Below are positions 1 to 8,257 of a stretch of DNA of 43,562 bases, in pieces. The notes beneath the pieces were generated by a model. The model was not told the origin of the DNA. It did no database searches and saw nothing but the letters and a program-made list of their open reading frames with translations. This DNA is from Candidatus Limnocylindrales bacterium (GTDB lineage: Bacteria; Chloroflexota; Limnocylindria; Limnocylindrales; CSP1-4). The stretch lies in contig JBBSGX010000001.1 in assembly GCA_038253685.1 (NCBI GenBank), forward strand, positions 1 through 43,562, read 5' to 3'. Within the stretch, counting starts at the first letter, position 1. Each line of letters starts with the position of its first letter. The translations under genes were made by a program, and so were the position numbers.

Positions 1-608
1 AGCGCCGAGAGCGCCAACAGGATCCCGGAGGCGGGCCGGTTTCCGCGCTCGGCAGCAAGGAACGAACCGATCGCGAGGACCAGGAAGAGGCTCTCCCCGT
101 AGGCCATCGAGAAGACGGCGCTGAAGGGGCTGATGGCAAGAAGGAAGCAAGCGAGCGCGGCCCGGCGATCTCCGATGTGGCGTCGACCGAGCGCGAACAG
201 CAGGACCAGCGCAAGCGCGAACAGCGCATGGGAGAGCAGGAGGGCAATGAGGCCATCGGCTCCCGGAAACGGGCTCGACAGCAGCCGAACGAGCATCGGG
301 TAGAGCGGCAGGAACGCGTAGTTGTGGTGATCCAGCTGGAGCGGCGCCAGCTGGTAGCCGTCGCGGGCGATGCCCATGTACCACCACCCGTCCCAGCTGG
401 TGAGGGCCCGCAGGATCCCGCCGTCGGAGCCGCTTGTCAGGTTGGGGTTGCGGATCAGCAGCGTGTCGGAGAACCACGCGGCCATCAGCACGATCAGTCG
501 TCCGGCCACGAATCCACCCAGGATCACCGACAGCGAGGCGGCCGTGCTCGAGCGCATGCGCACCCCGGCAAACCTGCCAGCGGGCAGCGTCAACGGCTGG
601 GCATTCAT
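1..608 (-). CDS. Integral-membrane glycosyl/mannosyltransferase-like protein (PIG-V / Mannosyl_trans2-like), N-terminal ~200 aa; gene runs off the left edge
   Basis: Own translation of the minus strand from the ATG (complement of 606-608): MNAQPLTLPAGRFAGVRMRSS..LTSWDGWWYMGIARDGYQLAPL..NYAFLPLYPMLVRLL.., followed by hydrophobic helices. The WDxWWYxxIAxxGY block is typical of this membrane glycosyltransferase family. It is absent from the supplied track because no stop codon lies in the window. Confidence 0.55.
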   Translation of the reverse strand, partial: MNAQPLTLPAGRFAGVRMRSSTAASLSVILGGFVAGRLIVLMAAWFSDTLLIRNPNLTSGSDGGILRALTSWDGWWYMGIARDGYQLAPLQLDHHNYAFLPLYPMLVRLLSSPFPGADGLIALLLSHALFALALVLLFALGRRHIGDRRAALACFLLAISPFSAVFSMAYGESLFLVLAIGSFLAAERGNRPASGILLALSA

Positions 609-908
609 CACGCGCAACGGTGGTGCACCCGCGCACCGCCCCGGAACCCCCCGGAAGTCATGTGACCGCCCTCGTCGGATGCGGCCGCCCGGCGTTCGTA
701 CGCCGGGAGCCCAGTTACCATGACGAACGCGTCGAGTGGCTGTACGCCTTCGATTCGAGCGACCCGCGGCGCTCGGCGCCTGGGATGCAGGCCACATGAG
801 GGACAGTTGTCATTCCAATGGCGTTGAGCAGTCGGGAGTTGCTGTGCATCCCGCTCGTGGCAAGCCCCGGCAGAGCCTCGAGGGTCTGTGGCGCTCCTCG
901 GTCGGCCC

Positions 909-935
909 GTTCCGTGTGTTCCGGCTGTTCCGGCT
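909..935. repeat. Three tandem 9-nt units (GTTCCGTGT GTTCCGGCT GTTCCGGCT) inside a 465-bp non-coding spacer
   Basis: Read directly from the sequence. It lies in the gap between the membrane glycosyltransferase gene and mrr, where no ORF has convincing coding character. Confidence 0.6.
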
Positions 936-1072
936 CTCGGAGGAAGGAGGGCGCTTGCGGACCACAGTGAGCGGCCCGTCCCGTTAGTCGTCCGTCGTTT
1001 CCGCGAGTCTCCACTCGGGGCTGGGCAGCTTGATGGGGCCAGGGGACCACGGCGCGGATTCATACTCCCACC

Positions 1073-1996
1073 GTGCCGATACCGGACTACCAGTCGTTGA
1101 TGCTGCCCCTGGTCAAGCTGGCCGCTGATGGCCAGGAGCGCACGATGGGAACAGCAATCGACGCCCTGGCGGACGAGTTCCGCCTGAGTCCGGAAGAGCG
1201 GCTGCAACTCATACCGAGCGGGCGTCAACCGGTGTTCTACAACCGGGTACCCTGGGCCGGAACCTACCTCCGCAAGGCTGTCTTGCTGGAAGCAACTGGG
1301 CGTGGCCGCTTCCGCATCACCGAGCGCGGGCGGCAGGTTCTGGCCACCAACCCGCCTCGTATCGACCTTGGCATGCTCAACCAGTTCTCAGAGTTCCGCG
1401 AATTCCGCAAACGCACTGTGACGGTGCTTGCACTGAAGCCGGCGTTCGGCCCCGGCCAGCCTGCTCCCGAGGCGGATGCGCGGTCACCCCGCGAAGTCCT
1501 GGAAGCAACCTACTTGGAGATGCGGAGGGTGATAGAGCAGGAGCTTGTGGAGCGTGCTAAGGCGGGGACGCCTGCCCGGTTCGAACAGATGGTACTGGAC
1601 CTCCTCGTGGCGATGGATTACGGCGGCTCGGCGCTCGATGCTTCCCGTGTGGGCAGGAGTGGGGACGGCGGCATCGACGGCATCATCCAAGAGGACAAGC
1701 TCGGGCTCGACGCGGTGTATGTGCAAGCGAAGCGCTGGACCGGCACCGTGCCCATCGCGGAGGTGCGGGCGTTTAGTGGCAGCCTGGACGCACACCGAGC
1801 CCGGAAGGGTGTGCTCATCACGACATCCAGCTTCCCGGCGGAGGCGGAGCGGTACGTCGCCAGCATCGAGAAGAAGCTCGTGCTCATCGACGGAGACCGC
1901 CTCGGCAGCCTGATGTTCGACTACGGCATCGGCGTGGCCGATGAGGTCACATACCCCGTCAAGCGGGTGGATACGGGCTACTTCGAAGAGGTCTGA
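1073..1996 (+). CDS. mrr: Mrr-type (type IV, modification-dependent) restriction endonuclease
   Basis: GTG start. The N-terminus MPIPDYQSLMLPLVKLAADG.. is an Mrr_N winged helix. The C-terminus GGIDGIIQEDKLGLDAVYVQAKRW..VLITTSSF carries the PD-(D/E)xK-like D..QxK core of Mrr_cat. Confidence 0.9.
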   Translation: MPIPDYQSLMLPLVKLAADGQERTMGTAIDALADEFRLSPEERLQLIPSGRQPVFYNRVPWAGTYLRKAVLLEATGRGRFRITERGRQVLATNPPRIDLGMLNQFSEFREFRKRTVTVLALKPAFGPGQPAPEADARSPREVLEATYLEMRRVIEQELVERAKAGTPARFEQMVLDLLVAMDYGGSALDASRVGRSGDGGIDGIIQEDKLGLDAVYVQAKRWTGTVPIAEVRAFSGSLDAHRARKGVLITTSSFPAEAERYVASIEKKLVLIDGDRLGSLMFDYGIGVADEVTYPVKRVDTGYFEEV

Positions 1997-2000
1997 GTCC

Positions 2001-2492
2001 ATGGTGACAACCCAAAGCGGCCACGGCTTCTACACAGCCTGTGTCTGCGTCAACGGGGACGTGCTCACCGCACGGGCCGAGAGGCTCCCGGAGTATGTCA
2101 AACCGTTCTGCGGCAGCTGTGGCGCGCGCACGATTCAGGCGTGCCAGAACTGCAACTCGCAGCTTGAGGGGGACGGCATCGACGGCGGGGTGCTCGGCAG
2201 CATCTACTACCCGCCAAGGCACTGTCCGATGTGCGGTTCTCCATTCCCGTGGACGGCTGCGAAGGAGGCAGCAGCCCGCGAACTCGCAGAACTACTCGGG
2301 TCTACGCCCGAAGAACAGCAAGCCCTCAGCAACGATGTAGCCGACCTGTTGTCGGAGACGCCACGCACTCCCTTGGCCGCGGCACGTTGGAAGCGCGCCA
2401 TCAACAAGGCCGGAGCCGAGGGAATTAGCCTTGCACGCGATGTGTTCGTGGGGGTTGTCAGCATCGCGGTCGGCAAGCAACTCGGCCTCTAG
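2001..2492 (+). CDS. Zn-ribbon protein, DUF2321-like, with a hydrophobic C-terminal tail
   Basis: The ATG lies 4 nt after the mrr stop. Cysteine pairs: CVC, CGSCG, CQNC, CPMCG. The C-terminus is VFVGVVSIAVGKQLGL. The family name is assigned from memory of its Cys pattern and length. Confidence 0.55.
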   Translation: MVTTQSGHGFYTACVCVNGDVLTARAERLPEYVKPFCGSCGARTIQACQNCNSQLEGDGIDGGVLGSIYYPPRHCPMCGSPFPWTAAKEAAARELAELLGSTPEEQQALSNDVADLLSETPRTPLAAARWKRAINKAGAEGISLARDVFVGVVSIAVGKQLGL

Positions 2493-2763
2493 GCGGCGTA
2501 CCAGTCGAGCCAATCCGGTGTCACCCTTGTGCCTGAGAGTCCGTCCGAGGGCGCCGAGCCCCGATCGTCGCCCCAGCCCCCGGCCCGACGCCAAGCCAAC
2601 ACCCCCAAACCCAAAGGAGGCGGGCTGGCTCAAGGTAGAGGCGGGTGGCCGCCGGTCGACCCAGGCCGCCCAAGGCCGTCAAGGCCCGAAGGGGCCAGGC
2701 CGCAGCGGCGGAGCTGGGCGATCGGCGGACAGGACCCGCCTCACTCATAGCCCAGCACGACCC

Positions 2764-4875
2764 CTACAGCGGAGGCAGCCCGCTCTTCCCCTCGACCAGG
2801 TAGTGCACGAACCAGTCGCGAAGGTGTTCCAGGTTCTCGACTCGGCGGAAAGGCGAACCGCTGCGGGTCAGCTCGTGCGACTCGTTCGGCACCCGCATCA
2901 GGCGCACGGGCCGCCGCAGCGAGCGCAGGACCGTGAAGAGCTCCTCTGCCTGCGTGATGGGGCAGCGGAGGTCCTGCTCGGCGTGCTGGATCAGCAGCGG
3001 CGTGTGGATGTTCGCGGCGAAGCTCAGCGGGCTGTGCTGGCGGTAGAGCTCCGGGTCCTCCCAGGGGTTCGAGCCGTACTCGTAGTGCCCGAAGAGCGGC
3101 CCCGCGATGTCCCCACTGAGCATCTCGGACGTCATGTCGTTGACGCCGCGGCAGGTCACCGCGGCCTTGAAGCGATCCGTGTGCCCGACGATCCAGCTCG
3201 CGAGGTAGCCGCCGTAGGAGCCGCCCGTGACGCCCATCCGGTCGGGATCCACCAGGCCATCCGCGATGAGGCCATCGACGCCGTCCATGATGTCGCGCAT
3301 GGGGCCGTCGCCCCAGTCGCGGTAGTTGGCGTGGCAGTAATCCTGACCGTAGCCCTCGGATCCGCGCGGGTTGCAGGCATACACGCTGATCCCGGCCGCG
3401 AGCAGGCACTGCCACTCCCAGAAGATGCTCCAGCCGTAGAGCGTGGCCGGACCGCCGTGGATCTCCACGACGAGCGGCGCCGGGCGCCCGTGGTGGCGCG
3501 GCGCCTCCAGGAACCAGCCCTGGATCCTGCGGCCATCCGTCTCGTGCCAGCGCGTCACCGGCCGGATCGTCTCGATCCCGTGCCACGGCTCGCCCATCAG
3601 CTCCGAAACCTGGGTGGCGCCCGCCGCGCGTGGCTCGCGACCGCCCGTCTCTCCGAGCGTGTACGTCACGATCTCCGAGGGCTCGTGGCCGGTCATCCGC
3701 ACCGCCGCCGCGTGCAGGGCGTCACCCACAGGCAGCACGTCGGGCCGCGACAAGGTGTGCTCGTCCTCGGTCAGGCGCTCGACGCGGCAGTCGGCCGTCG
3801 CGACGCGCCACAGCTCATAGGCGCCCTCGATCGGCGCGTTGAAGACGATCCAGTCGCCACGCTCGCTCCAGAAGAGCCGCGGCTCCGCGAAACCGAAGAG
3901 GTCGGTGTTGCTGTGGGCACCAACCATCAGGTCGCTCTCGCCGGACAGGTTTTCGCCGACCTGGTCCGCGTCCGGTCGGAAGCGCCAGACGTCGTTGCGT
4001 GAGCCTGCCGCGGCCGGGAACCGGTGACCATACGCGGCGATCCAGCGGCCGTCCGGGCTCCACGCCGGCCCCTGGAAGACGCGATCGCCGCGACCGGCCG
4101 AGATGCGCGTCACGGGTCCGCCATCGAAAGACACCAGGTAGAGGTCGCGGCGCCAGGTCAGATCCGCGTCCGGATGGCGGTTGGAAACGAAGCAGATCCG
4201 CTTGCCGTCCGGACTCCAGGCGGGCTGCTCGTCCTCGCCGATCCCGGAGGTGATGCGCCTGGCCTTGCCGCCGGCCATCTCCACGACCCACAGGTTGGGC
4301 CGCTTGTCGTACGTGTACCCGACGCCATTGAGCATGTACTGGAGTCGATCGATCAGGTGGATGTCGCGCGGCGGCGGGTCGCCGGGCTTGCGTGTGCTGC
4401 GCGGCTTCTCGACCGTGGTCGCTGCCGACACGAGGCACAGCCTGGCGCCGTCCAGGCTCCACGCCATCTCCGAGACGCTTTGCGGAAGCCGCGTCAGCTG
4501 GGCCGGCTCGCCGCCGTCCATGGGCAGCAGCCAGACCTGCGTCGCATCGTCGGGGAGCTTCACGGGCCCGGCCGGGACGTCGTTCCCATCGGGACGACTC
4601 TCGTCCTTTGCAACGGCGCCGCGGTCGCTCAGGAAGGCGATGGTCCGTCCGTCGGGGCTCCAGCGCGGGCTCGTGTCGTTGTTGGCGCCGTGCGTCAGCC
4701 GGCGAGCCGGCGCAGAGCCGTCGAAGGGCGCAACCCACAGCGACTGGCGGTAGTCGTCCTTGCCCGGGTTGCTCTCCTTGACCACGTAAGCCACGCGATG
4801 TCCATCCGGAGAGATGCGCACGTCGGTGGGGACGCGCAACGTGTAGAGGTCGTCGGGTCTCGGACTTCGGGCCAT
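2764..4875 (-). CDS. S9 family serine peptidase (acylaminoacyl-peptidase / prolyl oligopeptidase type) with N-terminal TolB-like beta-propeller
   Basis: Repeated SPDG/WSPDG propeller motifs. The nucleophile elbow is GGSYGGY and the C-terminal ..NESHEL.. supplies the catalytic His. The start is placed at MARSPRPDDLY (ATG at 4875); the track ORF extends to 5022, but that extension overlaps the divergent DUF971 gene. Confidence 0.9.
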   Translation of the reverse strand: MARSPRPDDLYTLRVPTDVRISPDGHRVAYVVKESNPGKDDYRQSLWVAPFDGSAPARRLTHGANNDTSPRWSPDGRTIAFLSDRGAVAKDESRPDGNDVPAGPVKLPDDATQVWLLPMDGGEPAQLTRLPQSVSEMAWSLDGARLCLVSAATTVEKPRSTRKPGDPPPRDIHLIDRLQYMLNGVGYTYDKRPNLWVVEMAGGKARRITSGIGEDEQPAWSPDGKRICFVSNRHPDADLTWRRDLYLVSFDGGPVTRISAGRGDRVFQGPAWSPDGRWIAAYGHRFPAAAGSRNDVWRFRPDADQVGENLSGESDLMVGAHSNTDLFGFAEPRLFWSERGDWIVFNAPIEGAYELWRVATADCRVERLTEDEHTLSRPDVLPVGDALHAAAVRMTGHEPSEIVTYTLGETGGREPRAAGATQVSELMGEPWHGIETIRPVTRWHETDGRRIQGWFLEAPRHHGRPAPLVVEIHGGPATLYGWSIFWEWQCLLAAGISVYACNPRGSEGYGQDYCHANYRDWGDGPMRDIMDGVDGLIADGLVDPDRMGVTGGSYGGYLASWIVGHTDRFKAAVTCRGVNDMTSEMLSGDIAGPLFGHYEYGSNPWEDPELYRQHSPLSFAANIHTPLLIQHAEQDLRCPITQAEELFTVLRSLRRPVRLMRVPNESHELTRSGSPFRRVENLEHLRDWFVHYLVEGKSGLPPL

Positions 4876-5012
4876 TGGCACTAAACGTACCTCATTGCCC
4901 CCATCCGCCACGCGGTACTCGACCTGGCGCACGACCCCGGCGCACGCCCTTTTCGACTCGAGAGCCCGGCGCTGCGCGAGGACGCGGGCACCCGATCGCC
5001 TAGACTCGAAGG

Positions 5013-5399
5013 GTGGGATCAAGCTTCACCTCCGGCGGCGAGTACCTGACGCCGGTTCGCATCCACGCCGATCGGCCGAACGCGATCCTGGAGATCGAGT
5101 GGGCTGACGGGCACCAGACCCGGTACGATTTCGCGACACTTCGCTGGCTGTGCCCCTGCGCCTTCTGTCGCGGAGAAGCGGGGATGCCCGGCTGGCTCGA
5201 CTCAAAACCGACCCTCACCGAGGCCCAGACGCAGCTCACCGACATGCAGCTGATCGGCCAGTACGCGGTGTGCCCGACCTGGGCGGACGGCCACCACACC
5301 GGCTACTACACGTTCCAGCGCCTGCGCGAGGAATGCACCTGTCCCGAGGACACGGCGAAGCGTGCTGCCGCCCCGCACGCACTGCACCGCATGGGCTGA
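5013..5399 (+). CDS. DUF971 / gamma-butyrobetaine-hydroxylase-like N-terminal domain protein (Zn-binding)
   Basis: ..LEIEWADGHQTRYDFATLRWLCPCAFCRGE...CPTWADGHHTGYYTF matches the duplicated DUF971 pattern with its CPCAxC motif. GTG start. Confidence 0.75.
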   Translation: MGSSFTSGGEYLTPVRIHADRPNAILEIEWADGHQTRYDFATLRWLCPCAFCRGEAGMPGWLDSKPTLTEAQTQLTDMQLIGQYAVCPTWADGHHTGYYTFQRLREECTCPEDTAKRAAAPHALHRMG

Positions 5400-5417
5400 T
5401 CAGCGCCCGGATCTGAA

Positions 5418-5446
5418 AAGCCGCCGGGAACGAGTCCCGACGGCTT
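5418..5446. terminator. Bidirectional stem-loop between convergent genes
   Basis: AAGCCGCCGGGA / loop ACGAG / TCCCGACGGCTT forms a 12-bp stem with one mismatch. An A-run precedes it and CTTCGTT follows. Confidence 0.5.
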
Positions 5447-5471
5447 CTTCGTTGCATGGTGTCCGGGTCGG

Positions 5472-5963
5472 CTACTCCTCGCCCTGGAACTGGTGGTCCA
5501 CGTTCTGACCCGCGGGGTCCTCGTGGCCGCCCGGACCATCGGACGGAGCCTCGGTCTCACCCGAAGTCTCACCCGGAGTCTCGCCGGTCGCCGCAGTCGC
5601 CTTGGCGTTGCGGTGATACGCGGCTGTATGGACCTTTGCAGCTCCAGCGGTCTTGCGAGACGTGTTGCTGGCGGCCGCGCCGTCAGGCCTACTCTGGTCG
5701 CCGGACTGGATGTTGTCCGTGTCGGGAGTGGTGGGCTCCTCGGTCGTCGTCTCCGCGCCGTCAGGCGTGGTCTGGTCGCCGGACTGCACATTGTCCGTGT
5801 CAGGGCTGGTGGGCTCGGACGCGGCACGCGAGACGCTCACGCTGGATGAGGCCTTCGTGGCAGCGGCCAGTGGGCTCTGTGCGGTAGCGGCGCCTGCGCC
5901 GCCGGCGACGAGAGCTGCGACGCCCATCACGACCGGGGCACCGCGGAATCGATCGAGCTTCAT
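5472..5963 (-). CDS. Secreted acidic low-complexity protein with two 26-aa repeats
   Basis: ATG at 5963 is preceded by a GGAGGA Shine-Dalgarno sequence. The signal peptide is MKLDRFRGAPVVMGVAALVAGGAGAATAQ. The unit T(S/T)PDTDN(V/I)QSGDQ..PDG occurs twice, matching a 78-nt DNA repeat at 5677-5816. The C-terminus is ..QNVDHQFQGEE. Confidence 0.6.
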   Translation of the reverse strand: MKLDRFRGAPVVMGVAALVAGGAGAATAQSPLAAATKASSSVSVSRAASEPTSPDTDNVQSGDQTTPDGAETTTEEPTTPDTDNIQSGDQSRPDGAAASNTSRKTAGAAKVHTAAYHRNAKATAATGETPGETSGETEAPSDGPGGHEDPAGQNVDHQFQGEE

Positions 5964-6127
5964 GGCTCGTCCTCCATGTTCGCGCCGGCACGCTCGGTCG
6001 GCGTCAGCCCCACCCTGTCCCCCGGCCCGTGAGGCCACGGTGAATCACCGGCGCGCGACGATTCACCCCGGATTCACATTCGCCGGGCATCCTCGGAGGC
6101 GGAGGCTCGAGTGCTCTGAAGATCCTG

Positions 6128-6826
6128 TTGCTGGAGGACGACCTCCGGCTGACCGACGTGCTGAACCGGTCCCTGCGCCGATCAGGACACGTGGTCGACT
6201 TCGTTTCGACGATTGAAGACGCCGCGTGGCTCGCCACCGAGTCGCGCTATGACGTGCTGATCCTGGACGTCATGCTGCCCGACGGCGACGGGTTCTCCCT
6301 CTGTGCCCGCCTGCGCGACGAGGGGATCTGGACGCCGGTCATCATGCTCACCGCGCGCGATGCCGTTCCGGACCGGGTTCGCGGGCTGGACGTCGGCGCG
6401 GACGACTACCTGGTCAAGCCCTTCGTCCTGGCCGAACTGGAGGCCCGCCTCCGTGCCGTCGCGCGCCGTGGCCCGGTTGCCCGGCCGACGGTGATGCACC
6501 TCGGATCGCTGCGGATCGACCCGGCGCGACGCACGGCGACGCTCGGATCGGAGGACCTGAGCATGACCGCCCGCGAGTTCTCGCTGCTGGAGCACTTCGT
6601 GCACCACGCCGACCAGGTGTTGAGCCGCGCCAGCATCATCGAGGAGGTCTGGGACTGGGCCTTCGACGGAGACCCGCGCATCATCGACGTCTACGTGCGC
6701 TCCCTGCGGCGCCGGCTGGGCAACGACCCGGCGGCTCCGGTACTGGCTACGGTGCGCGGAGCCGGCTACGTCATGCGCGATCCCGCCGCTCTACCGCGGC
6801 CCGCTGCCCGACGCCTACTCTCGTGA
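6128..6826 (+). CDS. OmpR-family response regulator (canonical receiver + winged helix)
   Basis: ..LLEDDLRL..DVLILDVMLPDGDG..MLTARD..GADDYLVKPF.. followed by a Trans_reg_C domain. The track start is the TTG at 6128. The in-frame upstream codons read L-K-I-L, so the true start may be the CTG at 6116, 10 nt after a GGAGGCGGAGG Shine-Dalgarno sequence. Confidence 0.9.
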   Translation: MLEDDLRLTDVLNRSLRRSGHVVDFVSTIEDAAWLATESRYDVLILDVMLPDGDGFSLCARLRDEGIWTPVIMLTARDAVPDRVRGLDVGADDYLVKPFVLAELEARLRAVARRGPVARPTVMHLGSLRIDPARRTATLGSEDLSMTAREFSLLEHFVHHADQVLSRASIIEEVWDWAFDGDPRIIDVYVRSLRRRLGNDPAAPVLATVRGAGYVMRDPAALPRPAARRLLS

Positions 6827-6839
6827 GCCTCACTTCCCC

Positions 6840-8166
6840 ATGAGCATCCGACTTCGACTGGCGCTGACATACGCTGCCGCACTTGCCCTGACCATGGCCG
6901 TGGCCGGGCTCGTCGTCTGGTGGCAGGTCAGCGCTGCCCTCCAGGACTCGCTCCAGACCACGCTCGAGACGCGTGCCCTCGGCGTGCTCACGACGCTGGA
7001 GAACGACGGCCAGGTCGGCATCCAGGAGGGAGACACGACGAGCGCCGGCACCTTCACCGCGGTCTTCAGGGCAAACGGATCGCTCCTCGATGCCTCCGCC
7101 AACGCTCCCCTGCCGCTCAGGCCGGCGACCGGCTACGTGACCCTCAAGGGCACCGCCTACCTGCTTCGCCAGGACATCGCTCCGAACGGGCAGGTCGTGG
7201 TGACGGGCGCGGACACCGCGCCACTGACCGCTGCGCGCGAAGAGCTCGCCCGGTCGATGCTGCTTGCCGCTGCGGCGGCCGGTGGCGTCTCACTGGCCTT
7301 CGGGTCGTGGCTGGCCGGCCGCGCGCTCCGCCCGGTCGATGCCATGACGCACCAGGCAGCCGCTGGGCACCCACGATCTGGAGTGGCGCCTGCCCGAGCG
7401 ACGGCGCAGCGACGAGTTGGGCCGGCTCGCACGCACCCTCAACGCGATGCTCGAACGCGTGGCGCACGCGGCGGGCCAGCAGCGCGACTTCGTGGCCGCG
7501 GCATCCCACGATCTGCGGACGCCCATCTCTGCTCTGCGCGCCGAGCTGGAGCTCGCTGACCGGCCCGATGCCACCGAGGCCGAGCTGCGTGCCGCGGTCC
7601 GCGCCGCGCACAGCGACGCCGGCCAGCTCGCGAAGCTGGCTACGGAGCTCCTCGCGCAGGCGATGGCCCCGGCGGACCACGCGGCGGTGGTCCGTCTCCA
7701 GGTCCGCGTCGACGAGGTGCTCCGTTCCAGCGTCCACCACGTGGAGAGCGCTGCCCGCGTGCGAGGTGTTCGCATCGACGCGCAGTCAACCATCGAGCAG
7801 GTGCGGCTCGACCCGCTTCGGATGGAGCACGCCCTCGTGAACCTGCTCGACAACGCGGTTCGGCACAGCCCGCCCGGAGCCGTCGTCGACGCGTCGGCGC
7901 GGGTCCTCACTCGTGCGGGTCGCTCGAGGCTCGTGATCCGCGTGCTGGATCGGGGCCCGGGGCTGCCACCCGGCCCTTCCGAACTCCTCTTCCAGCGCGG
8001 GTACCGTGGGCTCGATCCGCGCGGCGACGGAGTCGGACTGGGTCTCGCCAATGCGCGCGACAGCGTGCGCGCCCACGGCGGGGCGATCGGGGCGCGAGAC
8101 CGGCCGGGAGGCGGCGCCGAGTTCTGGATCACCGTGCCGCTCTCCGGGGAACGCGCCATCGCGTAG
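6840..8166 (+). pseudogene. Membrane sensor histidine kinase (TM-sensor-TM-HAMP-HisKA-HATPase), reading frame broken inside the HAMP region near 7362
   Basis: The frame from ATG 6840 gives ..WLAGRALRPVDAMTHQAAA and then turns into Arg/Pro-rich nonsense. The next frame reads LGTHDLEWRLPERRRSDELGRLARTLNAMLERV..AAASHDLRTPISAL..NLLDNAVRHSP..GVGLGL.. through to 8166. Joining the two requires one nucleotide fewer, or two more, at GCC-G-CTG (7359-7365). Confidence 0.8.
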
Positions 8167-8257
8167 ACCGGGTCCGCGGAGCCGCTGCGGTTGGCGAACT
8201 GCGCCGAGCGGCAAGGTACAATCTCGACCCCCTGAGCCCCAGGAGCTCGAGCGCACC

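Noticed and set aside
700-800. A tRNA-like T-arm resemblance (GGGTCGCTCGAATCGA on the minus strand) that could have marked an integration site for the mrr islet.
   Set aside because: No complementary T-stem, acceptor stem or anticodon arm can be drawn. It is likely a chance similarity.
2493-2763. A 270-bp non-coding stretch between the Zn-ribbon gene and the peptidase gene, containing small GC hairpins and a 75-aa antisense ORF (2521-2748).
   Set aside because: The ORF translation is low-complexity with no Shine-Dalgarno sequence, and the hairpins are short and unremarkable for this GC content. It is noted only as flanking context for the mrr islet finding.
8191-8222. A candidate ppk promoter, TTGGCG ... 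TACAAT.
   Set aside because: The spacer between the two hexamers is 20 nt, too long for a standard sigma-70 promoter. The TACAAT (8217-8222) may still act as a -10 element, but I cannot support a full promoter call.
8006-8257. N-terminally extended versions of real genes in the track: ppk from 8006, CYTH-CHAD from 9985, pstA from 14539, pstB from 15615, phoU from 16571, sixA from 17742, the DUF6062-like gene from 18592, DUF47 from 20778, paralogue A from 22517, gltX to 30208, LOX from 29630 and the ATPase to 42144.
   Set aside because: The extensions overlap the preceding gene and lack homology-like sequence. Internal starts with Shine-Dalgarno motifs, or stop/start overlaps (ATGA, GTGA), give family-typical N-termini.
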